From an uncultured Candidatus Saccharibacteria bacterium (GTDB taxonomy: Bacteria; Patescibacteriota; Minisyncoccia; Phycocordibacterales; PALSA-1337), in assembly GCA_964495685.1 (NCBI GenBank), contig CAZBVQ010000001.1:297521-361520 (forward strand): a DNA stretch of 64,000 nucleotides, written 5' to 3'. Positions 29,056 to 38,545 of the stretch are shown here, piece by piece (positions within the stretch are counted from its first letter, which is position 1; every line of letters begins with the position of its first letter). The translations under genes and the position numbers were made by a program. A model generated the notes under the pieces. That model was not told the origin of the DNA and searched no databases. It saw only the letters and a program-made list of their open reading frames with translations.

Positions 29056-30015
29056 TTACATACACGGAAACATAATCGTGAATGTCGAACCGACACCTTC
29101 CTGACTTTCGACGGTGATCGTGCCTTGGAGATCTTCTTCGACAATCATCCTGACCGTCGAGAGACCTATTCCTGTACCTTTCGCTTTGGTCGTAAATGAT
29201 TCTTTGAACAATCTGCCCTGAGTCGATTCGGACATACCTATACCTGTATCGTGTATTGAAATACGTATACGGCCATCTTCTTTGTGGGCACGTACGGTGA
29301 CATTCTTGGCCTCATCTGAAGTGTCGGTACCGCCTCGTTCGATACATGCATCGATACCATTGGTGACTAGGTTGAGTAGAAGTTGGTGTAAACGGACAGG
29401 ATGGATATTCACGGTGAGTGATGAAGGATTGTCCAATACGATGCGCACCTGTGCCATGCGCGCCTTGTAGCCGAGTACGTCTCTTACAATTTCCGCTTCG
29501 TGCCAGAAATCACTTGTTTCGACCGGTTGTGCGCGGTTGGTCTCGAGACAGCGACGTACGCTGTCCATATATGAACCGAGACGGCGTGAAGTCTCGAGCA
29601 TCTTGGTGATCATGCCACGGCTCGTCTCAGATAGGGAGTCACGGTGAGCCATATTCTCGGCATAGGTCGTGAGTGCCGCCAACGGATTCATGAGATCATG
29701 GAATAATCCTTGAGATAGTGTGCCGAAACGGGCGGTGCGGTCTAGTTCAATAAATCGTTGCTCTTCCGATCTGACGAGGGCACGAGTGCGCTCGGCGATG
29801 CGTCGTTCGAAGCGGAGTCGTTCGGCGTGCATCGCTTCGTCTGACAACTCTTCGAGTCGTCGCGAGGTCTTGATCTGGGTATATGACAGTATCGCCACAA
29901 TGATTACGAACAGTGTCACAAATGAGTACATCACTACATCCACTGCCGAGACGGAGAGTGTCGCGGCGGTGGACGAGCCCTCAGCATACGCCTGCATGTA
30001 CGAGAGGGAATTCAT
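29056..30015 (-). CDS. Sensor histidine kinase, single TM helix
   Basis: FHDLMNPL H-box, NLVTNGIDA, DTGIGM, FTTK..GTGIGL. Confidence 0.92.
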   Translation of the reverse strand: MNSLSYMQAYAEGSSTAATLSVSAVDVVMYSFVTLFVIIVAILSYTQIKTSRRLEELSDEAMHAERLRFERRIAERTRALVRSEEQRFIELDRTARFGTLSQGLFHDLMNPLAALTTYAENMAHRDSLSETSRGMITKMLETSRRLGSYMDSVRRCLETNRAQPVETSDFWHEAEIVRDVLGYKARMAQVRIVLDNPSSLTVNIHPVRLHQLLLNLVTNGIDACIERGGTDTSDEAKNVTVRAHKEDGRIRISIHDTGIGMSESTQGRLFKESFTTKAKGTGIGLSTVRMIVEEDLQGTITVESQEGVGSTFTIMFPCM

Positions 30016-30119
30016 ATTAATGAATGATGCGGGAAGACGAATCGTGCACAGTAGTCATCATGCGATTAGTGGTAAGCGTTGCGTCGACACGTAACTCTAG
30101 GTACCGTATCAGGTCGAAA

Positions 30120-30158
30120 TGAAGAAATAATGAAGAATTGCTGAAGATTTGCTGAAGA
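30120..30158. promoter_or_regulatory. Four TGAAGA direct repeats at 11-bp period, candidate OmpR-family binding array
   Basis: TGAAGA at 30120, 30131, 30142 and 30153, upstream of the kinase. Confidence 0.55.
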
Positions 30159-30163
30159 TCTGT

Positions 30164-30847
30164 TCATGTGTTCTTGTTGCGAGAAAATATCATGTATCCT
30201 CGCCCGGGGCTATTCTCGATGAGATCGGGAGCTCCTGCAGCAGCCAATTTCTTGCGAAGGTTGCGGATGTGCGTTTCGACGGTGTTGGAAAGGGAGTCGC
30301 TGTCAGCACTCCAGACATATTCGAGTATCATGGCGCGTGAGACAATGGTGTCACGGTGACGGGCAAGATATTCGAGTACGCCGAATTCTTTGCGTGTCAG
30401 ATGGATCTCTGTGCCATTGTAGGAGACTGTTCCTGCATTCAAGTCGAGTGTTATGCCACATAGATTGATCGTCTCAGTATGATCAATAGCTGGTCGTCGA
30501 TGGAGCGCCCGGAGGCGGGCCTGCAATTCAGCTGAGGCGATCGGCTTGACGACATAATCATCGGCGCCCGCATCGAAGGCTGCGACTTTGGTCGTTAGGT
30601 CATCAATAACGGTGCAAAATATGATAGGAGTCACTTTGCCTGAGGCGCGAATCTCTCTACAGATAGTGAGCCCATCTTTTTTCGGAAGAGAATAATCGAG
30701 GACGATGGCGTCATAATCATAGCTCTTGCCTAGGAATGAACCTTCGCCTCCTTCAGTGGCAACGTCGACAATGTGACCAGCGGCTACCAAGCCGTTCGTC
30801 GTCATCTCGGCAAGCAACGGGTCGTCTTCAACGAGGAGAATTTTCAT
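30164..30847 (-). CDS. OmpR/PhoB-family response regulator
   Basis: ILLVEDD, LDYSLP..DG, GADDY.VKP, winged helix LT.KEF..LEYL, VETHIRNLRKKL, GRGY. Confidence 0.95.
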   Translation of the reverse strand: MKILLVEDDPLLAEMTTNGLVAAGHIVDVATEGGEGSFLGKSYDYDAIVLDYSLPKKDGLTICREIRASGKVTPIIFCTVIDDLTTKVAAFDAGADDYVVKPIASAELQARLRALHRRPAIDHTETINLCGITLDLNAGTVSYNGTEIHLTRKEFGVLEYLARHRDTIVSRAMILEYVWSADSDSLSNTVETHIRNLRKKLAAAGAPDLIENSPGRGYMIFSRNKNT

Positions 30848-30997
30848 ACATGTGGCGAGTATATCAAACGTGTATAATAAATCGAGTCCACAGGCGGCTG
30901 TAGTATAGGTATAACCTGTTAATTGTTGTGTGGGGCGGAAGAGAGTACAATTGATGGTATATTCTTATCCTTACGATTACTCTACTATAAATACTAT

Positions 30998-32383
30998 ATG
31001 AAAAAATACATTATTGCTTCAAGTATCGCACTCGTGGCCATAGTCTCTGTGGCTAGCGCGCAAGAATACGCATTTTCGAAAAATCTCACTGTAGGTACTG
31101 TGGGTGATGACGTCGCCCAACTCCAATCGTGGTTGATCGGGAACGGCTTCGACATTGCGGCTGTCAGTTCGGGCAAAGTCGCCAAAGGATATTTCGGTGA
31201 ACAGACGCGTCAAGCCCTCAAGCGATTCCAAGAAAGTGAAGGGCTTCCTGGTACTGGTTATTTCGGTCCCTTGAGTCGAGCTCGTCTTCATGATCGTAAT
31301 CCGGTTCGTACTGATTCTCGTGCACCAATCATCAATAATGTTGATGCTCCGACGGTACTCTCGGTCAATGAGAGTGGTACATGGAGTATCAAAGCAACTG
31401 ATCCCCAGAATGGTACATTGAGATATTATGTCGAATGGGGAGATGCTCTGGAATATGCTGCCGTGAAATGTCCGGATGGATACGTCTGTAGCCCGGTCGG
31501 AGTCAATCCATCTGCTCCAGCAGTTCAGCAGTCTTCGACATTCACACATGCTTATACCGAACCTAGCACGTACAAGGTGAGATTCACGGTCAGTAATAGT
31601 CTCGGACTCTCGAGTCGATCGACTGCTACGGTCAAAGTCGTCGGATCTAGCGCTGGTGCACTCAAGGTGGTATCTCCGAATGGTGGTGAATATTGGCAGC
31701 GCGGTACAACTCAGACTATTCGTTGGAATTCGCCGACGTATTTCAGGGCGACGTATGCGGATATAAAGATACGTACTTATCAAGAACCGTGCCCGTCTGG
31801 ATTTTCGTGCATACCTCTACCAATACTTGAATATACAATTGCTCGTAATGTCGGCATCAACCAGAATTCATATTCATGGAATGTCGGCCAATACCAGCCA
31901 GATGTCGTCCCAGCGATATACCCGGCTCCTACATATTTAGTCCCAAATGATGGAAGGCGATACATCCTTAAAATCTGCGAGACCGGAACCATCAATTGTG
32001 CCTCGAGTGACAAACCGTTCACTATTACGGCCGGTCCAGACGTAACTGTCGTATCTCCTAACGGAGGTGAAACATGGGTAGCTGGCTCGGCACAGTATCT
32101 GCGCTGGACTCTCACCGCTTCGACTGACACCAATACACGACTCGATCTCTATCTTGACCAATCAAGTTATTGTAATACAGCGCCCTGTACTACGACGCCT
32201 AATTCCAGGATGTATGTCCTGGACAAGAATATTCCGATTACTATGGCGTACAACTGGGTTGTGGCTACCGACGTGGATAATGTAAAAATACCCGCAGGTA
32301 ACTACCGGTTTCGTGTGTGTGCAGCTGGATCTACGACAGTATGCGACTCAAGTGAGGCAGCTTTCACTATCTCCAACAATTAA
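30998..32383 (+). CDS. Secreted surface protein: peptidoglycan-binding domain, PKD-like domain and two VVSPNGGE Ig-like repeats
   Basis: Signal peptide, G..GDDV..LQ..L, GYFG..T..A...FQ, WGD...HAY, VVSPNGGE twice. Confidence 0.8.
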   Translation: MKKYIIASSIALVAIVSVASAQEYAFSKNLTVGTVGDDVAQLQSWLIGNGFDIAAVSSGKVAKGYFGEQTRQALKRFQESEGLPGTGYFGPLSRARLHDRNPVRTDSRAPIINNVDAPTVLSVNESGTWSIKATDPQNGTLRYYVEWGDALEYAAVKCPDGYVCSPVGVNPSAPAVQQSSTFTHAYTEPSTYKVRFTVSNSLGLSSRSTATVKVVGSSAGALKVVSPNGGEYWQRGTTQTIRWNSPTYFRATYADIKIRTYQEPCPSGFSCIPLPILEYTIARNVGINQNSYSWNVGQYQPDVVPAIYPAPTYLVPNDGRRYILKICETGTINCASSDKPFTITAGPDVTVVSPNGGETWVAGSAQYLRWTLTASTDTNTRLDLYLDQSSYCNTAPCTTTPNSRMYVLDKNIPITMAYNWVVATDVDNVKIPAGNYRFRVCAAGSTTVCDSSEAAFTISNN

Positions 32384-32402
32384 TTCTAGGCCCGGCCTAG
32401 AA
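32384..32402. repeat. Palindrome TTCTAGGC-CCG-GCCTAGAA (opposite orientation)
   Basis: Copy of the short palindrome family. Confidence 0.75.
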
Positions 32403-32406
32403 AAGT

Positions 32407-32435
32407 TTGACACCTACTTATCCACATGCTAGACT
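32407..32435 (+). promoter_or_regulatory. Sigma70 promoter of the tuf-S10 operon with a DnaA box in the spacer
   Basis: TTGACA-17-TAGACT with extended TG; TTATCCACA at 32418-32426. Confidence 0.65.
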
Positions 32436-32631
32436 CTCCGGTACGCGCTTGGCCTCCGTCGGCCCGACCTACTGGTCGCCAGCGTTTTCGAATTGATTTC
32501 CTCGTAAAATCATAGTTCGAATTTAAAAACTAGTAACAATTTATCTCTGAGCTTTTGAATCGCGTCGTTTGGGTGTACACGCACCAATTCAGACGATGAC
32601 ATTCAAGAGTAAAGAGCACTAAACTAATATT

Positions 32632-33819
32632 ATGGCAGCAGAATTCAATCGTACGAAGCCGCACGTGAACGTCGGTACCATCGGTCACGTTGACCACGGC
32701 AAGACTACTCTTACCGCGTCTATTCTTGCAGTTCAGGCCAAGAAGGGCCTCGCAAAGGACAAGGCTTATTCAGATATCGCCAAGGGCGGTACCGTTCGTG
32801 ACGCATCCAAGATCGTCACGATCTCTCTCGCACACGTCGAATATGAGAGTGCAACTCGTCACTATGCTCACATCGATGCTCCAGGTCACGCTGACTATAT
32901 CAAGAACATGATTACTGGTGCCGCCCAGATGGACGGTGCTATTCTCGTGGTTTCAGCTCTTGATGGTGTTATGCCTCAGACTCGTGAACATATCCTTCTT
33001 GCAAAGCAGGTCGGTGTGCCGAAGGTGCTCGTATTCCTCAACAAGTGTGACATGGTTCCGGAGAAGGACCTCCTCGACCTCGTCGAAGAAGAGGTGCGTG
33101 AACTCCTCACCAAGAATGGTTTCGACGGCAAGACCGCTCCGGTTATCCGTGGTTCAGCTCTCAAGGCCCTCGAAGGTGATGCTGCATGGACCGTCAAGAT
33201 CGATGAGCTCATGAATGCTCTCGACAGTTATATCCCGATGCCGACTCGCGAAATCGACAAGCCATTCCTCATGCCTATCGAAGACATCTTCTCGATCGAA
33301 GGTCGCGGAACAGTGGTTACTGGTCGTATCGAGCGTGGTCAGGTCAAGGTTGGTGATGAAGTCGAGATCATCGGCTTCCGTGATACTACCAAGACCACCA
33401 TCACTGGTATCGAAATGTTCAACAAGCAGCTCAAAGAGGGTATTGCTGGTGACAACGCCGGTCTCCTCCTCCGTGGTACTGCCAAGGATGACGTTTCTCG
33501 TGGCCAGGTACTCGCCAAGACTGGTTCAGTCAAGCCTCACACCGAATTCGAGTCAGAAGTATACGTTCTCAAGAAGGAGGAAGGTGGCCGCCACACTCCA
33601 TTCTTTACAGGATACAAGCCTCAGTTCTATATCCGCACAACAGACGTTACTGGCGAAGTGACCCTCCCAGAAAAGGTAGAGATGGTCATGCCTGGCGACA
33701 CTATTACCTTCAAGGTCAAGCTCGTTGCTCCAGTTGCTCTCGAAGACAAGATGCGTTTCGCTGTCCGCGAGGGTGGCAAGACCGTCGGTGCCGGCGTTAT
33801 CACCAAAGTCGTCGCATAA
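32632..33819 (+). CDS. tuf: Elongation factor Tu
   Basis: [30 protein letters not shown]; atypical switch I. Confidence 0.98.
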   Translation: MAAEFNRTKPHVNVGTIGHVDHGKTTLTASILAVQAKKGLAKDKAYSDIAKGGTVRDASKIVTISLAHVEYESATRHYAHIDAPGHADYIKNMITGAAQMDGAILVVSALDGVMPQTREHILLAKQVGVPKVLVFLNKCDMVPEKDLLDLVEEEVRELLTKNGFDGKTAPVIRGSALKALEGDAAWTVKIDELMNALDSYIPMPTREIDKPFLMPIEDIFSIEGRGTVVTGRIERGQVKVGDEVEIIGFRDTTKTTITGIEMFNKQLKEGIAGDNAGLLLRGTAKDDVSRGQVLAKTGSVKPHTEFESEVYVLKKEEGGRHTPFFTGYKPQFYIRTTDVTGEVTLPEKVEMVMPGDTITFKVKLVAPVALEDKMRFAVREGGKTVGAGVITKVVA

Positions 33820-33830
33820 TTATTGCTTCC

Positions 33831-34214
33831 ATGGCTACCACAAAAGACACAGCAAAGAAGGCTCCCGCAAAAGCACCTCGTGCTCGCAAAGCCAAGGTAG
33901 CTGGTGAAGCTCCTCATCTCCGCATTCGCGTTCGTGCATACGAACACAAGATCCTCGATGCATCACTCAAGCAGATCATGGATACTGCTGCTCGTTATGA
34001 TGCAGAGATCCACGGTCCGGTACCACTACCGACCGAGATCAAGAAGTACACGGTCAACCGTTCATCATTTATTGACAAGAACAGCCGTGAACAGTTCGAG
34101 ATGCGTGTACACAAGAGACTGATCGATATTATCAATCCCAACCCCAAGGTCATCGAAGCATTGACCAACCTCAGTCTTCCATCAGGTGTGAACATTGATG
34201 TGAAGATGATGTAG
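33831..34214 (+). CDS. rpsJ: 30S ribosomal protein S10
   Basis: GPVPLPT, SREQFEMRVHKRLID. Confidence 0.97.
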   Translation: MATTKDTAKKAPAKAPRARKAKVAGEAPHLRIRVRAYEHKILDASLKQIMDTAARYDAEIHGPVPLPTEIKKYTVNRSSFIDKNSREQFEMRVHKRLIDIINPNPKVIEALTNLSLPSGVNIDVKMM

Positions 34215-34223
34215 ATTGAAAAA

Positions 34224-34290
34224 GGGACAGGGTACAAGGGGCAAGGTACAAGGAATTCATACTTGTACCCTGTACCTTGGAACTTGTACC
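34224..34290. repeat. Inverted heptamer tandem-repeat array (GGTACAA)n / (TTGTACC)n
   Basis: Four plus four 7-mers forming a hairpin between rpsJ and rplC. Confidence 0.75.
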
Positions 34291-34302
34291 TCATTTACTG
34301 AC

Positions 34303-34923
34303 ATGAAATTCATTCTTGGAAGAAAGCTGAATATGACCCAGGTCTTCAATGAGACCGGTGTTGCCGTCCCGGTGACAGCTGTTTCTGTACGCGCCAATAT
34401 CGTCACTCAGGTTCGCACCAAAGAGGCCGATGGATACGAAGCGTTGCAACTCGGTGAAGGATCTCGTAATGCTACCCGTATCGCCAAGGCCCAGAAGGGT
34501 CAATGGAAAGATCTCGGTTCATTCGCATCAGTTCGTGAGTTCCGTGATTTTGCACCGAATGCTGGCACTCCGACTCTCAAAGTCGGTGACAAGGTAGAAC
34601 TCTCACAGTTCGTGGCAGGAGATACTGTCACCGTGAGCGCTATTTCGAAGGGTAAGGGCTTCCAGGGTGTGGTCAAGCGCCACGGCTTCGGTGGTGGTCC
34701 TCGTTCACACGGTCAGAAGCACTCAGAACGTGAGCCAGGTTCTATCGGTGGAGGTCTCCGCACTCGTGTGCCAGTAGCTACACGCATGGCAGGTCGCATG
34801 GGTTCTGACCGTATCACTGTCAAGAATTTGAAAGTCGCACACATTGACCAGGAAGAAGGCGTCATGTATGTTTCTGGAGCTATTCCAGGCACACGCGGCA
34901 CATTAGTCGAAATCGTAGGCTAG
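34303..34923 (+). CDS. rplC: 50S ribosomal protein L3
   Basis: MTQVF, SKGKGFQGVVKRHGF, MAGRMG. Confidence 0.97.
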   Translation: MKFILGRKLNMTQVFNETGVAVPVTAVSVRANIVTQVRTKEADGYEALQLGEGSRNATRIAKAQKGQWKDLGSFASVREFRDFAPNAGTPTLKVGDKVELSQFVAGDTVTVSAISKGKGFQGVVKRHGFGGGPRSHGQKHSEREPGSIGGGLRTRVPVATRMAGRMGSDRITVKNLKVAHIDQEEGVMYVSGAIPGTRGTLVEIVG

Positions 34924-34934
34924 CATTACATACC

Positions 34935-35594
34935 ATGGAATCAGTCATATACAATCAGAATGGCAAGGCGGCAGGGAAGATCACTCTTTCCAAGGATGTA
35001 TTCGGTCTGCCGTGGAACGCCGACCTCGTACATGAAGTCGTCCGTCTCATGAATTCGAATGCTCGTGATCCGATCGCTCATACCAAGACCCGCGGAGAAG
35101 TCCGTGGTGGTGGTAAGAAGCCGTGGAAACAGAAGGGCACGGGTCGTTCTCGTCACGGTTCATCACGCTCACCTATCTGGGTCGGTGGTGGTATCACTCA
35201 TGGTCCGAGAAACGACAAGAATTTCTCACGCAAGATCAACAAGAAAGTCAGGACCAAGGCCCTCTTCACGATCCTCTCGCGCAAGTTCAAGGATGGTGAA
35301 ATTCTCTTCGTCGATACGCTCTCACTCACTGCCCCAAAGACTGCAGAGGCCAAGAAGATCGTCACTACACTCGCTGGCATCAAGGGATACGAGAAGCTCG
35401 CTACCAAGTCCAAAAATGCCGCTATCGTCGCTCTCGACAAGAAGACAGAAGCAGTTACGAGGAGTTTCCGCAACTTCGGTAATGTCTCAGTCGAAGAGTT
35501 CCGCAATATCAATCCAGTTTCAGTCCTCAATCACACGTACCTCATTGTGACCAATCCGGCTGAATCACTCAAGTCGCTCACCAAGACGAAATAA
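34935..35594 (+). CDS. rplD: 50S ribosomal protein L4
   Basis: TKTRGEVRGGGKKPWKQKGTGR. Confidence 0.97.
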   Translation: MESVIYNQNGKAAGKITLSKDVFGLPWNADLVHEVVRLMNSNARDPIAHTKTRGEVRGGGKKPWKQKGTGRSRHGSSRSPIWVGGGITHGPRNDKNFSRKINKKVRTKALFTILSRKFKDGEILFVDTLSLTAPKTAEAKKIVTTLAGIKGYEKLATKSKNAAIVALDKKTEAVTRSFRNFGNVSVEEFRNINPVSVLNHTYLIVTNPAESLKSLTKTK

Positions 35595-35605
35595 TATTTA
35601 CTACC

Positions 35606-36007
35606 ATGGCTTTATTTGGAAAAAAGAAAACTGAATCAACTGAAGTAGTGGCCAAGCCAGTCAAGGCCAAGGCTTCTACGAAAACTGCGACCAAGGCGGT
35701 TGCGGCTCCTGCCGTTGCTACGCCGAGCATCTCTGGTTCAGCAAGTACGATTGTCCGTCCTCGTGTGACTGAGAAGTCAGGACTTTTGAGCCAGTCAGGC
35801 GTCTATACATTCGAGGTCACTACTCGTGCCAACAAGGACACTATCGCTGCAGCTGTCAAAGAATTGTACAAGGTGACTCCAGTCAAGGTCGCTATCGTCA
35901 ACACGCCGTCCAAGAATGTCTTCGTACGCGGTCGCCGCGGTGTTGTTTCTGGTATTCGCAAAGCATTGGTCACCCTCAAGAAAGGTGAAAAGATCGACTT
36001 CGTATAA
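35606..36007 (+). CDS. rplW: 50S ribosomal protein L23 with N-terminal extension
   Basis: P.VTEKS, YTFEV, ANK, KA.VTL. Confidence 0.95.
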   Translation: MALFGKKKTESTEVVAKPVKAKASTKTATKAVAAPAVATPSISGSASTIVRPRVTEKSGLLSQSGVYTFEVTTRANKDTIAAAVKELYKVTPVKVAIVNTPSKNVFVRGRRGVVSGIRKALVTLKKGEKIDFV

Positions 36008-36027
36008 TCGCTTATTACTATACTCAC

Positions 36028-36885
36028 ATGAAATCATTCCGCCCTACATCAAAGTCTCGCCGCCACATGACTGTGCTGCCGTTCAAGCAGTATTTGACCG
36101 CCTCTGAGCCGTACAAGCCGCTTACGGTCGGCTTCAAGCGCGATGTTGGTCGCAATGCATTCGGTCGTATCACCGTCCGTCACAAGGGAGCAGGTCACAA
36201 GAAGCTCTATCGTATGATCGACTTCATGTATGACAAGCACGATATCATCGCTACCGTCAAAACAGTCGAGTACGATCCTTTCCGCACTGGTTACGTAGCA
36301 CTCGTGTCATACAATGATGGTACCAAGCGCTACATCCTTCTTCCGAAGACTATGAAGGTCGGCAACTCATTCATCGTCTCCGAAAAGGCTCCGATCCAGA
36401 CTGGCAATCGTCTTCCGCTCAAGAATATTCCTGTCGGTACATTTATTTACAATATCGAAATCAAGCCGGGCAGCGGTGCCAAGCTCGTCCGTTCAGGTGG
36501 TTCGTTCGCTCAAGTGATCGCAAACGATGCGGGTTATACTCACATCAAGATGCCTTCGACTGAGGTCCGTAAGATTCACGAGAATGCATGGGCTTCGATC
36601 GGTGCTGTCTCGAACGAAGAGAATCGTCTCGTCAATATCGGCAAAGCGGGCCGCTCACGCTGGATGGGTATTCGCCCGACAGTTCGTGGTACTGCTCAGA
36701 ACCCAGTAGATCACCCCTATGGTGGTGGTGAACAGCGCCAGGGTCGTGGTCTCCGCCGTCTCAAGACTCGCTGGGGTAAGCCAGCAGGTAAGGGTCAGAA
36801 GACTCGCGCTCCGAAGAAATATTCCAATGTCTTCATCGTCGCTCGTCGTCAGGTCGGCAAGAAGAAGGCAACTCCTACGCAGTAA
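36028..36885 (+). CDS. rplB: 50S ribosomal protein L2
   Basis: EYDP.R, GKAGRSRW.G.RP.VRG, NPVDHP.GGGE. Confidence 0.97.
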   Translation: MKSFRPTSKSRRHMTVLPFKQYLTASEPYKPLTVGFKRDVGRNAFGRITVRHKGAGHKKLYRMIDFMYDKHDIIATVKTVEYDPFRTGYVALVSYNDGTKRYILLPKTMKVGNSFIVSEKAPIQTGNRLPLKNIPVGTFIYNIEIKPGSGAKLVRSGGSFAQVIANDAGYTHIKMPSTEVRKIHENAWASIGAVSNEENRLVNIGKAGRSRWMGIRPTVRGTAQNPVDHPYGGGEQRQGRGLRRLKTRWGKPAGKGQKTRAPKKYSNVFIVARRQVGKKKATPTQ

Positions 36886-36906
36886 GATTATTGAAGTATC
36901 CACATT

Positions 36907-36933
36907 AAACAGGGGACTACGGTCCTCTGTTTT
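36907..36933 (+). terminator. Terminator-like hairpin after rplB
   Basis: AAACAGGGGAC-TACG-GTCCTCTGTTTT. Confidence 0.65.
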
Positions 36934-37031
36934 GTTATACTTGTTTTCATGTTCAAACTTTTCATTTCAACCACCAAGAAGGTATTTGATTACGTTTTCT
37001 TCAAATTGGTCGACAAATAGGCGATTATTCC

Positions 37032-37060
37032 TTGACTTACAATAGCCCTTTTGTTAGTAT
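37032..37060 (+). promoter_or_regulatory. Internal promoter upstream of rpsS
   Basis: TTGACT-17-TAGTAT with extended TG. Confidence 0.6.
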
Positions 37061-37108
37061 GCTTGGCGAGCTCCACGGAGCTTGTTTTATTCCGTACTCT
37101 ATTTCATT

Positions 37109-37459
37109 ATGGCACGAAGCCTCAAAAAAGGACCATATATCGAAGAGCGACTTTTGAAGAAGATCGCCGGCAAGAAACCCGCCTCATCTGGGGTTATTAA
37201 GACATGGTCACGCCGCTCTCAGATCTCACCAGAAATGGTCGGCTTCACTTTCGGCGTACACAATGGCCGCGCACATATCGATGTATTGGTTACCGAGGAC
37301 ATGGTAGGACACCGCCTCGGTGAATTTTCGCCTACACGCAAGTTCATGCGCCATGGTGGTAAGATGCAGAAGGAGATCGAGATGAAGGCCAAGGAGGCCG
37401 AGCTCGCTGCAGCCAAGTCTGCCAAGGAAGCTGCTACGACCGTTGCCGCCAAGAAATAA
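37109..37459 (+). CDS. rpsS: 30S ribosomal protein S19
   Basis: [28 protein letters not shown]. Confidence 0.97.
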   Translation: MARSLKKGPYIEERLLKKIAGKKPASSGVIKTWSRRSQISPEMVGFTFGVHNGRAHIDVLVTEDMVGHRLGEFSPTRKFMRHGGKMQKEIEMKAKEAELAAAKSAKEAATTVAAKK

Positions 37460-37468
37460 TCCACGCCC

Positions 37469-37843
37469 ATGATTACCGCTTCACTCAAGAACATTCGCAT
37501 TTCACCCCGCAAGGTCCGTCTTGTGGCTGATATGGTGCGTGGCAAGAATGTCGCACAGGCCAAGATCATTCTCACTCAGGTGATCAAGAAGGCACGTCAT
37601 CCGCTCGCTGGTCTCCTAGATTCAGCTATCGCCAACGCCTCTCACAATCACAAAATTGATGCTGAGACTCTGTTCGTCAAAGAAATCCGTGTCGACCAGG
37701 GCCTCGTCATGAAACGCTCCATGCCAGTCTCACGCGGATCGGCACATCCGATCAAGAAGCGTACCAGTCATGTGACTATCACCTTGGCTACTCGTGAGGC
37801 AAAGATCAAGAAGGTCACTTCGCCCAAGGCCAAGAAATCATAA
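37469..37843 (+). CDS. rplV: 50S ribosomal protein L22
   Basis: ISPRKVRLVAD, SAIANA, KRTSH. Confidence 0.97.
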   Translation: MITASLKNIRISPRKVRLVADMVRGKNVAQAKIILTQVIKKARHPLAGLLDSAIANASHNHKIDAETLFVKEIRVDQGLVMKRSMPVSRGSAHPIKKRTSHVTITLATREAKIKKVTSPKAKKS

Positions 37844-37852
37844 TTAATCACC

Positions 37853-38521
37853 ATGTCTCATACCGTACATCCATATTCACACCGCTTGGGAGTCATCCGC
37901 GACTGGAAGAGCCGCTGGTTCGGTATACACCGTGGATATCGTACGTCACTCAAGGCTGACCTTCTCATTCGTGAATTTCTCATGGTTGAGTTCCGCCCGC
38001 ACTTCGTCGGTGGTGTCGATATTGAGCGCAACCAAAAAGTCCTTCGTGTTATCGTCAAGACATCTCGTCCGGGTATGATCATCGGCAAGGCAGGAGACGG
38101 TGTGGTAAAGCTTCGCGAAAAGGTCCTCAAACTCCTTCGCGACAACAAGGCCGAGGTCGCTGGTCAGGAGCTCAAGATCGATATCGAAGAAGTCCGCAAC
38201 CCAGAATCCAATGCCGCTATTGCTGGATTGATGATTGCTGAGTCGCTCGAGAAGCGCCTCCCATTCCGCCGTGTCATGAAGCAGACTATCGAGAAGGTTA
38301 TGGCTAACAAGGATGTTCAGGGTATTCGTATCCGCCTCGGTGGTCGCCTCGGTGGTGCCGAAATCGCACGCAGCGAAGAGCTCAAGAAAGGACGCATCCC
38401 GCTCCAGACACTTCGTGCAGATATTGATTTTGCTCGTGAGAAGGCCCACATGACCTACGGTGATATCGGTATCAAGGTCTGGATCTACAAGGGTGAAATT
38501 TTCAAGAAAGATCAGAAATAA
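37853..38521 (+). CDS. rpsC: 30S ribosomal protein S3
   Basis: HP...RLG, RPGMIIG, GRLGGAEIAR, PLQTLRADID. Confidence 0.97.
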   Translation: MSHTVHPYSHRLGVIRDWKSRWFGIHRGYRTSLKADLLIREFLMVEFRPHFVGGVDIERNQKVLRVIVKTSRPGMIIGKAGDGVVKLREKVLKLLRDNKAEVAGQELKIDIEEVRNPESNAAIAGLMIAESLEKRLPFRRVMKQTIEKVMANKDVQGIRIRLGGRLGGAEIARSEELKKGRIPLQTLRADIDFAREKAHMTYGDIGIKVWIYKGEIFKKDQK

Positions 38522-38545
38522 TTTCGTTAGCTTTTATCTACTACC

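Noticed and set aside
28902-29075. 57-aa ORF in an AT-rich spacer
   Set aside because: No recognisable family, overlaps the kinase 3' end, weak evidence
34216-34302. N-terminal extension of L3
   Set aside because: It is a translation of the heptamer repeat array
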